Below the pieces are notes generated by a model. The model saw nothing but the letters and a program-made list of their open reading frames with translations, did no database searches and was not told where the DNA came from. The position numbers and the translations under genes were made by a program. 64,000 bases of DNA from Bdellovibrio sp. (GTDB lineage Bacteria > Bdellovibrionota > Bdellovibrionia > Bdellovibrionales > Bdellovibrionaceae): assembly GCA_036677065.1 (NCBI GenBank), contig JAKFBS010000001.1:672001-736000 (forward strand), given 5' to 3'. Below, in pieces: positions 41,031 to 50,909 of the stretch (its first letter is position 1; every line of letters begins with the position of its first letter).

Positions 41031-41035
41031 TACAC

Positions 41036-41518
41036 ATGCTACAAGCTTATTTTGAAAGTCTAAAATATGTGGGGCATTTGCTTCCCATTTCTTTTCTAAG
41101 AATTTTTTTAGGATATTTTTATTTGCAACAAGCCTTTAAAGATTGGCAAGTTCACGTCATCGGTAATTCAATGGTGAGCGATTTACTTGTCGAAGCCTTA
41201 AATAAAACACAAATGCCATTTTGGTATCGTTTTTTTCTAACTGAACACTTAATGAGTCACTGGCCTTTTTATGCTTTTGTTCTGGTAGGAATACAGGCCA
41301 TCATCGGAATTTCATATTTAATTGGCTATGTGGTTCGTCCCGCATCAATCCTGGGTTTAATTCTTTGTCTAAATTATTTGGCTGTGGCCAGTTCTAGCCA
41401 AGAATTTTTCTTTAAATTAATGATCGCTTCGCATGTGTTATTAGCATGGGTGGGCGCCGGCCGTTGTTTAGGATTAGATTATTATTTTTATAAACGTTAT
41501 CGCGGAATTTGGTGGTAG
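41036..41518 (+). CDS. DoxX-family membrane protein
   Basis: LRIFLG and GAGRCLGLD motifs. Confidence 0.75.
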   Translation: MLQAYFESLKYVGHLLPISFLRIFLGYFYLQQAFKDWQVHVIGNSMVSDLLVEALNKTQMPFWYRFFLTEHLMSHWPFYAFVLVGIQAIIGISYLIGYVVRPASILGLILCLNYLAVASSSQEFFFKLMIASHVLLAWVGAGRCLGLDYYFYKRYRGIWW

Positions 41519-41524
41519 TAGTCA

Positions 41525-42556
41525 ATGAAGCATTTTTTAGCTTTTGTCGCAGTCGTTTTTTCTTGTTTAACAGTTTTTTACTTTTACCGTGACGATGGGC
41601 AAAGCAGCGCCGATTACACCAGCCTTAAAGTTTATGGTTCAGGATCATTTATTGGTTCTTGGGGGCCAGGACCGAAATTAAAAGAAATATTCGAAAAACA
41701 AACGGGCATCAAAGTCACTTACCTTGAAATGTCTGATCCAGCCTTAGTATTTCAAAAAATCTCATTTGAAGGCGCGCAAGCTGTCGGCGATGTGATTTTA
41801 AGTTTAGATCAATATGATTTAGCGCGTGCTGCAGATAAATTAACTTGGAAGTCTGTTGAGACGAAGACGTCTTTTAATTTACCTGAAACATTAAAAGAGC
41901 TAGAAAAAATGGAACAGTTTAAGGCTTATGACTGGGCACCAATCGCCTTTGTTGCGCGTGATGATTTAAAAGTAACGATTGAAAAGTTAGATGATTTATT
42001 AAAACCAGAACTTAAAGGTCGTATTGCTTTAGAAGACCCAAGAACAAGTTCACCCGGCTTAAATTTTTTAGCGTGGATTTATAAAACTAAATCTGAAGCT
42101 GATGCCGATCAGTTTGTTAAACAATTAATGGCGCAGGCGCATAGCTTTTCACCGAGCTGGTCAGCAGCGTACGGTTTATTTAAAAACAAACAGGCAGATA
42201 TCGTTTTATCTTATGCGACTTCGCCGGTGTATCATTTGGTTGAAGAAAAAGATTCGCACTTTACGGCATTAGAATTTAAAGACGGCCACCCTGTGCAGGT
42301 TGAATTTGCCGGAGTTCCTGAATCATGTATTAATTGTGACGCCGGGATTCGTTTTGTTCAGTTTTTACAGACTCCAGAAGCCCAAAAAATCATTATGGAA
42401 AAAAACTATATGTTTCCAATGGTTAAAGCTGTGCAAGAAGGCACGGCGTTCGACGGCGTGAAAAACTTTAAATTATTGCCATTCAAACTTGAAGTTAAAG
42501 AACAATTGCAAAAATGGTTAGGCACTTGGACCGAGCTAAGAAAAAATGAAGGCTAA
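41525..42556 (+). CDS. thiB: Thiamine ABC transporter substrate-binding protein
   Basis: WGPGP, DPRTSSPGL, WSAAYGLF and SYATSPVYH motifs. Confidence 0.88.
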   Translation: MKHFLAFVAVVFSCLTVFYFYRDDGQSSADYTSLKVYGSGSFIGSWGPGPKLKEIFEKQTGIKVTYLEMSDPALVFQKISFEGAQAVGDVILSLDQYDLARAADKLTWKSVETKTSFNLPETLKELEKMEQFKAYDWAPIAFVARDDLKVTIEKLDDLLKPELKGRIALEDPRTSSPGLNFLAWIYKTKSEADADQFVKQLMAQAHSFSPSWSAAYGLFKNKQADIVLSYATSPVYHLVEEKDSHFTALEFKDGHPVQVEFAGVPESCINCDAGIRFVQFLQTPEAQKIIMEKNYMFPMVKAVQEGTAFDGVKNFKLLPFKLEVKEQLQKWLGTWTELRKNEG

Positions 42557-43988
42557 ATCTATAAAGCTAGTTCTAGCTTTATTTTTTCTATTTCCATTTT
42601 TTGTTCTTTTTTACTATTTCAGAATAAATTTAGATTACGACTTTCAAGAAATTCTTTGGGCTCTGCGAAATTCTTTAGTGCAAAGCTTGTCTACGGCTGT
42701 ATTAGCTGTATTTTTTGGTTTCTTTGGGGCGCTAGGGCTTATGCAGCTTTCGGGTGGCAAACAGCGCATCTTAAAGTTTTTAGCGTTAGTGCCTGTATTT
42801 ATGCCGTCGTTATTTTCGCTGTTAATCGGCATTTCGATTATTAATTTTTTTCCGTTAGGGTCGTTGGGAGTAATTTATTTTTTAACTGTTATTTATATTG
42901 GTTTTGTCGCCTTTATTCTGTGTGAAGAGATGACATCACAGCTTGGCCAGTTCGGCTTTGTCGGTGAAGTTTACGGCTTATCTAAAAAAGCTTTTTTATT
43001 AAAAGTCTTATGGCCCTTAATGCGAAAATCAGTAGGCTTTATTTTTATCACAGTTTTTGTGAATGCGATGATGGCCTTTACGATTCCATTATTGGTAGGT
43101 GCCGGTCGTGGTACTAATTTTGAAGTTTTAATCTATGAAAAAATATTTATCGAACAAAATTGGTCGGTGGCTTTAGGGTTAAGTTTAATACAGCTAGCGT
43201 TAGTTGCGGTCTTTGCCTTTTTATTACAGGCTCGGCCTGCAGTCAGCGTCAGCGAATTTAAAAAAAGTTCTTTGATCGGATCGCACATTGGTTTGGGCGG
43301 CTTAGTTTTATATTTAACGCTGTATTTTTGGGGTTATATAAAACAATTCGGCAGCAGTTTGCAGGTCTATTATATCGCTGAAATTTTTAATGCAGATTTT
43401 TACGCATCGATTTCGCAATCGTTCCTGTTATTTGCCTTTTGTTTCGTGATCTTTTTTGGTTTGTTGCTTGCGGTTTTGTATTTAAAGTACTCTCAGGCCA
43501 ATATCCGGTTTTTAAACTTTTTCTTAAACCCCTCATCGGTGTTAGTTGGTTTTGGTTTTTACTTATTATTGCCGTCACATAATTTATTTTTTTCGTTATT
43601 AAAACTTTCGCTGGTTATTGCCGTCGTCGGCTTTGTTAGTTTTATGAAATCTGTATTTGAAAACCAATTACAGCTTTTCGAGGAACAAATTAAAGTGGCC
43701 AGATCATTCGGTGTTGGTTTTTTAACTTTTGTATTTAAAATTTATTTTCCGCAAATTAAAAAGCGTCTGCACTTTGCGATGTCATTATTATTTATTTTTA
43801 CTATTTCTGAGTTTGGCTTAGTGAAAGCTTCTGGTGCAGAAGTTAAAACTTTAGGTACCGAGATGGCCAGTTATTTAGGAAGCTACCGTATCGAAGGGGC
43901 TTTTGTGATCAGTACTGTGATTTTATCTATTTGGCTTATAGCCACACTCATTTCAGGAGCAGCACTTGGCGTACATAAAAAATCTTAA
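42546..43988 (+). CDS. thiP: Thiamine ABC transporter permease
   Basis: Duplicated permease, polytopic; follows thiB. Confidence 0.72.
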   Translation: MKAKSIKLVLALFFLFPFFVLFYYFRINLDYDFQEILWALRNSLVQSLSTAVLAVFFGFFGALGLMQLSGGKQRILKFLALVPVFMPSLFSLLIGISIINFFPLGSLGVIYFLTVIYIGFVAFILCEEMTSQLGQFGFVGEVYGLSKKAFLLKVLWPLMRKSVGFIFITVFVNAMMAFTIPLLVGAGRGTNFEVLIYEKIFIEQNWSVALGLSLIQLALVAVFAFLLQARPAVSVSEFKKSSLIGSHIGLGGLVLYLTLYFWGYIKQFGSSLQVYYIAEIFNADFYASISQSFLLFAFCFVIFFGLLLAVLYLKYSQANIRFLNFFLNPSSVLVGFGFYLLLPSHNLFFSLLKLSLVIAVVGFVSFMKSVFENQLQLFEEQIKVARSFGVGFLTFVFKIYFPQIKKRLHFAMSLLFIFTISEFGLVKASGAEVKTLGTEMASYLGSYRIEGAFVISTVILSIWLIATLISGAALGVHKKS

Positions 43989-44604
43989 TTATAAATTCGA
44001 TAACTTTATTTTAGATATTCCGTCTTTAGAGATTAAAGAAAATGAAGTGACTGTGCTTATGGGGCCATCGGGTGCCGGTAAGACCACGCTCTTTAATTTA
44101 ATTACAGGCTTTGTTCCCTATCAGGATTGGCAATTTGAAATCAATGGTATCGATTTAGCAAAAAAAGAAATCTCAGAGCGTGAATTAGGTGTGGTGTTTC
44201 AAAGTTTTGAATTGTTTCCGCATTTGACAGCTAAAGAAAATATAGAATTAGTGATGCAGTCGCGCAAGAACACAAGCAGCCAGGCTTTTGCAGAATTAGA
44301 AAAATACAAAAACATTTTAAAATTAGAAAATTGCTGGAACACCAAAGCTCAAGTGTTGTCGGGCGGAGAAAAACAACGAGTGGCGTTGCTTCGCGCGGTG
44401 ATGGCAAAGCCTCGCATGTTATTATTAGATGAGCCGTTTTCTGCGTTAGACGAAGCGACTAAAGAAGAAGCGCGTAAGCTTGTTAAAAGCGTATTGCAAG
44501 ACATTAAGGTAACCACTCTGATGATCAGTCATGATTCTAAAGATGCGCAGTATTTTGGATCTAATTTAATTTTAATTGATAACGGTCAAATTAAAAAATC
44601 CTAA
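43966..44604 (+). CDS. thiQ: ABC transporter ATP-binding protein (ThiQ-like)
   Basis: GPSGAGKT, LSGGEKQR and LLDEPF motifs. Confidence 0.75.
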   Translation: MAYIKNLNYKFDNFILDIPSLEIKENEVTVLMGPSGAGKTTLFNLITGFVPYQDWQFEINGIDLAKKEISERELGVVFQSFELFPHLTAKENIELVMQSRKNTSSQAFAELEKYKNILKLENCWNTKAQVLSGGEKQRVALLRAVMAKPRMLLLDEPFSALDEATKEEARKLVKSVLQDIKVTTLMISHDSKDAQYFGSNLILIDNGQIKKS

Positions 44605-44631
44605 GCTTTTACGGCTTAGGATTTAGTTTTT
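44596..44631. terminator. Likely bidirectional terminator between convergent genes
   Basis: AAATCCTAAGC-N7-GCTTAGGATTT flanked by A and T runs. Confidence 0.6.
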
Positions 44632-44646
44632 AAATTGTTTTAATAA

Positions 44647-45576
44647 TTATCTTTTTTCGCAGTTTAATTCATCGTCAACTTTGAATTTATCTTCTAAGTT
44701 GTGAATTTCGATAGTTCCAAGGCTAGGCTGAAAAGTAATTGAAGGCATTTTCGAGAAGGCTCTTAAATCGAAGTCAGCTAGCGGAAGCTGTTTGTAGATA
44801 GCGCCATCAGCTAAGTTCACACCCATGCTGTTTCCTGTTGGCTGGGTTTGGACAGTTACGTTTTTAAATGTACGACCATTCAATTTTAAAATATTAAAAA
44901 AGTATACTCCATTCGAACCAGCGATTTCGATTTCGCTTGTAGTGCTTTTGCAAGAGTAAAACGTTCTGCCTGTTTTTACAGTTGCAGATTGCAAACATGA
45001 AGCGCTGTCAGAAAACAAACATCCTACAAGTTTGCGTGAGTTTACAGAATCAGTTACTGGCCCTAGTTGAGAAGCATTTTTGCGAACCAACAAGTACCAA
45101 GCTTCGTGCATCATACTGGCAGCGATATCCGTATTTGATTTTAATTTAGAAAAATGTTTTTCATCGATCACTAATTTTTGTTTTAAGCGGTCAAAGAACA
45201 TCATGCCAACAAGTGAACAACCAGATTTTTTGTAATTTGAATTTGCATCACGTGGTGGTTCAAGTTCGATTCCAGCTTTAAGTGAAACTTTATCAGTAAA
45301 AAGTTTTTGCGCAATTGCTGTCACTTCGGCTGGTAAGGCAGAATCAATCGCAGCAAGCTTGTTAGCCGCGCGGTTAAATTGACTAATGACGTCTTCGTTA
45401 GAGCGAGTGATTGATAAATCATAAAGTGCTTCGGCTTCCCATAGATCTAATAGTTCAGTTTTGCCGTCAGCGCACATAAATGCTCCGCCGCCGCCTGAAT
45501 CTACTCCGCCAGCAAAGCTAGCGTGAGCAGTTAATGCGATCGTTAATGCTAAGATAAGATTAATTGCTTTTTTCAT
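44647..45576 (-). CDS. Secreted hypothetical protein with GGVDSGGGG N-terminal motif
   Basis: SD GAGGA then ATG at 45576; signal peptide ending ASFA; MMHEAWY motif. Confidence 0.8.
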   Translation of the reverse strand: MKKAINLILALTIALTAHASFAGGVDSGGGGAFMCADGKTELLDLWEAEALYDLSITRSNEDVISQFNRAANKLAAIDSALPAEVTAIAQKLFTDKVSLKAGIELEPPRDANSNYKKSGCSLVGMMFFDRLKQKLVIDEKHFSKLKSNTDIAASMMHEAWYLLVRKNASQLGPVTDSVNSRKLVGCLFSDSASCLQSATVKTGRTFYSCKSTTSEIEIAGSNGVYFFNILKLNGRTFKNVTVQTQPTGNSMGVNLADGAIYKQLPLADFDLRAFSKMPSITFQPSLGTIEIHNLEDKFKVDDELNCEKR

Positions 45577-45821
45577 ATAGGGTTCCTCATGTAAAGACTT
45601 TGCGACATTTGCGCCAAGCCTGGGGTTAATAGTTTGGTTATGGGTTCTGAGAGACCGTCTACCGTCTTTACATGCGCGCCATGTTTGTTCAATTAACGAC
45701 TTCTCAGTGGGTTGTGAGCTCAATTTAACGCAATGAGCTATTTGGTTCTATTGTTTAATATTTATAAATTAATGAATTTTATATATAATTAGTTATAAAT
45801 ATTAATTAACTATAGGTAATT

Positions 45822-46631
45822 ATGAGAATTTTTGAATTTAACGATTATCGTGATTTTTTGAAAAAACACATTCACTCACTGCCGAAACAGGGGCGTGGTG
45901 AAATATCTAAAATGGCTGAAGCTCTTCAAGTTGCACAACCCCTAATGAGTCAAATTACAACCGGAGTGAAGAACCTTAACTTAGAACAAGCCGACCTGTT
46001 ATCTGAATATCTGCATTTTACCGATAAAGAAAAAGCTTATCTGTTTGTGCTCGTGCAAATTGAGCGTGCCGGAAGACAAAGTTTAAAAAAACATTTTATC
46101 ACTGAACGTGAGCGTTTAAAAAAAGACGCCTTAGATGTTCGAACTGTTATTGCTGCAGATAAAAAATTAACTGATGTAGAGAAATCGATTTTTTATTCGA
46201 GCTGGCTTTATCAAGCGGTGCGATTGTTAACTTCAATGCAGAAACGCGAATATTCTAGTGTTGAACAAATTAGTGCAAAACTTGGTTATGATCGCACAAA
46301 AGTGACCGAGATTATGACTTTTTTGTTGCAGACAGGTTTGTGTGTGCAAGAGAAAAATCATATCATTATGGGGCCGTTAAGCACTCACTTAGAGCACACC
46401 TCTCCGCAGCTGGCACGCCATCATACCAACTGGCGCCATAAAGCGATTCAAAAATTTGATCAGATTTCTGAAGCTGAATTGGTATTTACTGCGCCGATGA
46501 CTGTAAGCCAGGCTGATTTTCAAAAAATTCGCGAAGAAATACTGCAGCTTATAAAATCAATGTATAGCACCGTAAAGGCCTCTCCAGGAGAAGAATTAGC
46601 CTGTCTAAATATCGATTTTTTTAAAATTTAG
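45822..46631 (+). CDS. TIGR02147/DUF4423-like HTH protein
   Basis: IFEFNDYRDFL start, N-terminal HTH, FYSSWLY, HHTNWR and LNIDFF end, recognised from memory of this family. Confidence 0.75.
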   Translation: MRIFEFNDYRDFLKKHIHSLPKQGRGEISKMAEALQVAQPLMSQITTGVKNLNLEQADLLSEYLHFTDKEKAYLFVLVQIERAGRQSLKKHFITERERLKKDALDVRTVIAADKKLTDVEKSIFYSSWLYQAVRLLTSMQKREYSSVEQISAKLGYDRTKVTEIMTFLLQTGLCVQEKNHIIMGPLSTHLEHTSPQLARHHTNWRHKAIQKFDQISEAELVFTAPMTVSQADFQKIREEILQLIKSMYSTVKASPGEELACLNIDFFKI

Positions 46632-46728
46632 CTCTATGTTTGACCATAAATTTGACAATCAGGTAACTAGGTAAAAAAATAGCGTTAAATTCACCTTTTC
46701 AGAGAGAAATCTGCTATAAGAAGCCGGA

Positions 46729-47487
46729 ATGAAAAGGCTTATTTCGGCTCTTCTTATTATGAATATGTTGCTGCTAGTTGGCTGTGCCGGTGAGGAGTCG
46801 TCATCTGGTAAAAAAACACGCACTGCGCGTAAGGCAAAAAAAGTACTAAGCGAATCTGAAAAAGCTAAATTTATTACACCAACAATTTATTACATTGCTG
46901 ATTATTCTGCAGAAATACAATGTGCTGATACAGCTGAACTTAACTTAAAAAAATCTAAAAACAACATCGTTAAAATTTCGGTCTGTCGTAAAGTTTTAAA
47001 AGGCTGCACGATGCAGGGAAGTTGCTACATCCAGCTGAGCGGCAAAAAAACGATGATTAACTATCATAAAAAAGTGAACGGTATGGTTCAGTTTATGTTA
47101 GTCGATCGCTCTGTGTGTAAATATGGGTTAGGGGATTCAAGTGATCCTAAACAATCATTTAAAATAATGTGCTTAGACCCATTTTATTCAGTGGCCGCAG
47201 ATACGGCGATTCATCCGCTGGGTACAGTTATTTATATACCGGCTGTGCGGGGCACTGCTTTGCCAGATGGCTCAACTCATGATGGTTATTTTATTGTGCG
47301 TGATTCGGGTGGCAATATTGATGGTCGCGGGCGTTTTGACTTCTTTACCGGCGACGTTGGTCTTAACGCAAGCAACCCGTTTTCAAACCTTGGTCTGGGT
47401 GGCGAGTCGAATTTTGATTATCAAGTTGTCTCAAATAGCGATGCGCAGGGTGTGCGTGAGCGTCGAAAATTTCCATATTTAAAGTAA
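46729..47487 (+). CDS. 3D-domain lipoprotein (cell-wall associated)
   Basis: Lipobox LVGC; SVAAD..PLGT, VRDSGG and RFDFF motifs. Confidence 0.8.
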   Translation: MKRLISALLIMNMLLLVGCAGEESSSGKKTRTARKAKKVLSESEKAKFITPTIYYIADYSAEIQCADTAELNLKKSKNNIVKISVCRKVLKGCTMQGSCYIQLSGKKTMINYHKKVNGMVQFMLVDRSVCKYGLGDSSDPKQSFKIMCLDPFYSVAADTAIHPLGTVIYIPAVRGTALPDGSTHDGYFIVRDSGGNIDGRGRFDFFTGDVGLNASNPFSNLGLGGESNFDYQVVSNSDAQGVRERRKFPYLK

Positions 47488-47580
47488 CCTTAAAAATAAA
47501 TAAAATTCTACTTAGTCCAGCTCTATATGTAGAATTCTGCATAACCCATAAGACTGGACTTCTTAATGGCAATTACGGCT

Positions 47581-47607
47581 TAATATTATTTGAATTTAAG
47601 CCGAAAA
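47581..47607 (+). promoter_or_regulatory. sigma28-like promoter
   Basis: TAATATTA-N11-GCCGAAAA, 7 nt before GTG 47615. Confidence 0.4.
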
Positions 47608-47614
47608 AAGTAAT

Positions 47615-48466
47615 GTGCATTTAGATCCAATGTCGCAAGTCTTTTTATCGATTCTAGGTTTAGCCCTATTTACTTGGGTGGCTAAGTATTTTTTCGTTCT
47701 GTATTACTACCGCAAAAGAAAAGAAGACATCAATAAACTTGAAGCACGTACTGCGGTTTTACGTATGCTGTTAAAGGCAAAATTAAAACGTAAAGGTTCG
47801 CAAATGCAGGATCAGTACAAAGATGAAAAAGAATTTTTAGGCTCGATCATGTCTAAGCTTGATTTGTTAACTACATTTAATTTTAACCGTACTTCTGATT
47901 ATGAAGATGTTTTAGATATTTTAACCTCTGTTTCAGAGGCGATCGATCATCATACAGTTATTAAAAATCCTGCAATTTATCTGGCACAACAACAGAAAAT
48001 CGCACAGGATCGTGAAGCACTTTTAAAAGGTGTCGGCGTCGAAGTTGCAAAAAAAGATGATAAAGGTGACTCTAAATCTGCTGATGAAATTGAATCAAAG
48101 ACAAAATCAGAAGTGAATTTGCAAGTGCCGAAGTATGATCGCTGGACGCAATTACTAAAGTATGACAAAGGTAATTTGTATATCGTTAAAGAAATCGTCG
48201 AGACGACAGAAACACTAAAACAAAAAATCGATACCTATAATATCGAGCAAAACGAAAAAGAATTACAGTTGCGCGCACCAGAGCCGATTGAAGTTGATGG
48301 TTTCGAAGGTTTACGCGCAATCGTTGATCGTGACCAAGAACAAACCAAAGCTGGAAAAGCTGCTAAAAAACAAAAAAAACAAGCTGGCTTAGAAGATCCA
48401 GATCTTCTAGGGCTTGAAGCTGGTAAGCCCTCGTCTGGTTCGGGCGACGGTGAAAACGCCGCCTAA
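47615..48466 (+). CDS. Hypothetical single-TM protein
   Basis: N-terminal TM helix, charged helical remainder. Confidence 0.75.
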   Translation: MHLDPMSQVFLSILGLALFTWVAKYFFVLYYYRKRKEDINKLEARTAVLRMLLKAKLKRKGSQMQDQYKDEKEFLGSIMSKLDLLTTFNFNRTSDYEDVLDILTSVSEAIDHHTVIKNPAIYLAQQQKIAQDREALLKGVGVEVAKKDDKGDSKSADEIESKTKSEVNLQVPKYDRWTQLLKYDKGNLYIVKEIVETTETLKQKIDTYNIEQNEKELQLRAPEPIEVDGFEGLRAIVDRDQEQTKAGKAAKKQKKQAGLEDPDLLGLEAGKPSSGSGDGENAA

Positions 48467-48570
48467 ACAAACTCCCGCATTTAAAAGCATATAGATCGTC
48501 TCAAGCTGTGACATGTTCACGGCTTTTTGCCGTTTTTGTTTAACTAAATACTAAAATAACCCATATATAT

Positions 48571-48597
48571 TAAAGTTTTAACGCAGCATGTCGATAA
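48571..48597 (+). promoter_or_regulatory. sigma28 promoter, flagellin 1
   Basis: TAAAGTTT-N11-GTCGATAA. Confidence 0.8.
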
Positions 48598-48676
48598 TAC
48601 GTGTGACTATCGAACTGGACTAAAGGCTTGTCTCGGGTTGGCCAATGACAGTTCCATTTAAAAAAGGAACACACGT

Positions 48677-49504
48677 ATGTCGCTTCGGATAAACACGAAC
48701 GTGGCCTCGTTCGGCGTGCAAAACGCCATGGCCAAGTCGCAAAGACAAATCGAGAGCTCTATGAAGAGTCTCTCCACAGGATCGCGCTTTGCCGAGATCA
48801 GTACCGATCCTGCATCAAAAGCCATTTCAGAAGATTTGAAAAGTGATATTTCAGGAATGGATGTCGCTCGAAGAAATGCCGAGCAGGCCGGAAGCTTTGC
48901 GGCTATCGCTGAAGGCGGTATGAGTGAACAGTCTAATTTAATTATTCGAATGCGTGAGCTTGCTGTGCAAGCTGCTTCAGACACTTATTCAGATAATGAA
49001 CGTGCTTTTATGCAAAATGAATTTTCAAAACTTCAGGAAGAGGTTGAACGTATCGCGCAAACCAGTGCCTTTGGTTCGCGAAAACTCCTTGATGGAACAT
49101 CTACAGATATCGACATTCAGGTCGGAACGAAAGGGGATGCGAATTCGCGCATCACGTTTAATGCCGACACCGACACGACTCTGTCAGGATTAGGAGTGAG
49201 TGGAATTACGGTCGATGATAAATCTGCAGCCCGAGATGCGCTTGAATCGCTGGATGGCGGATTAGATAAAATCTCGATGCAAAGATCTAAGTACGGCGCC
49301 CTGCAATCACGATTGGAATCCGTGCAGAGTTTCTTAGCTTCTTCGATTGAAAATGTGTCACAAGCTAACTCTAAGTTAGCAGATACAGACTTAGCGAAAG
49401 AAGTTTCTAACTTGCGTAAGAATCAGATCTTGCAGCAGTATCAAAGTGCATTGCTGCAAACTGCAAATGATCAAATGAACAATGCTTTGCGCCTAATCGC
49501 GTAG
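48677..49504 (+). CDS. fliC: Flagellin (short, 275 aa) - flagellin 1
   Basis: MSLRINTN, RMRELAVQAASDT and GALQSRL motifs. Confidence 0.95.
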   Translation: MSLRINTNVASFGVQNAMAKSQRQIESSMKSLSTGSRFAEISTDPASKAISEDLKSDISGMDVARRNAEQAGSFAAIAEGGMSEQSNLIIRMRELAVQAASDTYSDNERAFMQNEFSKLQEEVERIAQTSAFGSRKLLDGTSTDIDIQVGTKGDANSRITFNADTDTTLSGLGVSGITVDDKSAARDALESLDGGLDKISMQRSKYGALQSRLESVQSFLASSIENVSQANSKLADTDLAKEVSNLRKNQILQQYQSALLQTANDQMNNALRLIA

Positions 49505-49522
49505 TCGTTTTTTATCAAACAA

Positions 49523-49555
49523 GGCTTTGGTCTGGGTAAAACTAGACCAAAAGCC
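49523..49555 (+). terminator. Hairpin after flagellin 1 (weak U-tract)
   Basis: GGCTTTGGTCTGG...CTAGACCAAAAGCC. Confidence 0.45.
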
Positions 49556-49642
49556 AGTCCTTCTCAAAAAAAAGTTTAATTAAATTCAGTAGTTATCTCG
49601 CTGACTTGATGTGCCGCGTCAAATAAAAGCTAGACCAAGGGC

Positions 49643-49670
49643 TAAAGTCTCCTAGACCATGGTCCGAAAT
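49643..49670 (+). promoter_or_regulatory. sigma28-like promoter, flagellin 2
   Basis: TAAAGTCT-N12-TCCGAAAT. Confidence 0.6.
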
Positions 49671-49675
49671 AGTTG

Positions 49676-49910
49676 TTGTACGGAATGGTGATCTAGAAGC
49701 GAAGCGCGAAAGTCCAGTTCGATAGTCAAAACTAACGGGCCTTTCAAAAATCCTCTAGAGAACTTAAGAAGGAAAAACCCTGGCAGTCACCATGGGCCCC
49801 TTCTTAAGTTCACAACCTAATAAATACATTTGAATAAGTTTTTTTATTTTTGGTGGGTTTAACCAAAATATTTAACAACAAACTATTTAGGGAAATAGGG
49901 GGATATCAGT
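49676..49910 (+). promoter_or_regulatory. Long structured 5' leader of flagellin 2
   Basis: 13-bp stem 49760-49772/49799-49811 and a further stem at 49708-49745. Segments are complementary to the other two flagellin leaders. Confidence 0.65.
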
Positions 49911-50738
49911 ATGGGTTTAAGAATATCAACAAACATGGCGTCGATCTCAGCACAAAGAGCAATGGGAATGCAGACTAAGCGATTAGAAAAAGCATCTCAA
50001 TCTTTAGCTTCAGGTAATCGTATTACTAAGTCTGCAGATGATTCAGCAGGTTTAGCTATCGCAGAGAATATGAGAATGGAGATTCGCGGTACCGTGCAAG
50101 CGCGTTCGAATGCATTTAATGCCATTTCGACAATTCAGGTTGCAGAGGGTGGTTTATCAGAACAAGCAAACTTAATCGCTCGTCTACGTGAGTTAGGTGT
50201 GCAAGCTGCATCTGATACAGTAGGTGAAAAAGAGCGTTTCTACTTACAACAAGAAGCCGTGTCGATCACAGATGAGATCGAGCGTATTTCAAAAACAACT
50301 AAATTCGGTGATAAATTTTTACTAGATGGATCAAATCCTTCATACGATTTCCATGTAGGTTCTGATGCTGCAAAAGAAAATGTGATTACATTCACATCTG
50401 AAGCAGATGGAACAATTGATGGTTTAGGTTTAACTGGCGTGGATATCTCTGAAAAAGATGGTGCCCGCGACATGTTAAGTACTCTGGATGGCGCTCTGGA
50501 AAAAGTTTCTAGAATGCGTTCAGGATTCGGTGCTGTACAGTCTCGTTTAGAATCTACTGTTAACGGTTTAGATGTGAAACAAGAGAACTTACAGTCAGCT
50601 CGTTCACGCTTAATGGATGCGGACGTTGCCAAAGAATCTGCGGATTTAGCATCGGCTTCAATGTTACAACAAGCTTCTATCAGCGTGTTGTCTCAAGCCA
50701 ACCAACAACCGTACCAAGCAATGAAATTATTAGGATAA
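49911..50738 (+). CDS. fliC: Flagellin (short, 275 aa) - flagellin 2
   Basis: MGLRISTN, ADDSAGLAI, GAVQSRL and QANQ motifs. Confidence 0.96.
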   Translation: MGLRISTNMASISAQRAMGMQTKRLEKASQSLASGNRITKSADDSAGLAIAENMRMEIRGTVQARSNAFNAISTIQVAEGGLSEQANLIARLRELGVQAASDTVGEKERFYLQQEAVSITDEIERISKTTKFGDKFLLDGSNPSYDFHVGSDAAKENVITFTSEADGTIDGLGLTGVDISEKDGARDMLSTLDGALEKVSRMRSGFGAVQSRLESTVNGLDVKQENLQSARSRLMDADVAKESADLASASMLQQASISVLSQANQQPYQAMKLLG

Positions 50739-50909
50739 TTTTGGTTGATAAGTGGGGCACATGAAAGTGTGCCTCATGACTTAGAACATTATAGGTTTTA
50801 AGTTTTAAGATCAGCGCGAGGGCACCGCCCCCGAGCTAGTCTTATAAGTTAAAAGTTTAAATTTAATAGAGTTTTGAGGCTATCGCCCTATTGATAGTTT
50901 CTTAAACCC

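Noticed and set aside
45590..45720. c-di-GMP-I riboswitch (GCAAA words on the minus strand)
   Set aside because: Lacks the GGCAAA-stem-GAAA-stem-GACGCAAAGC layout and the P2 receptor.
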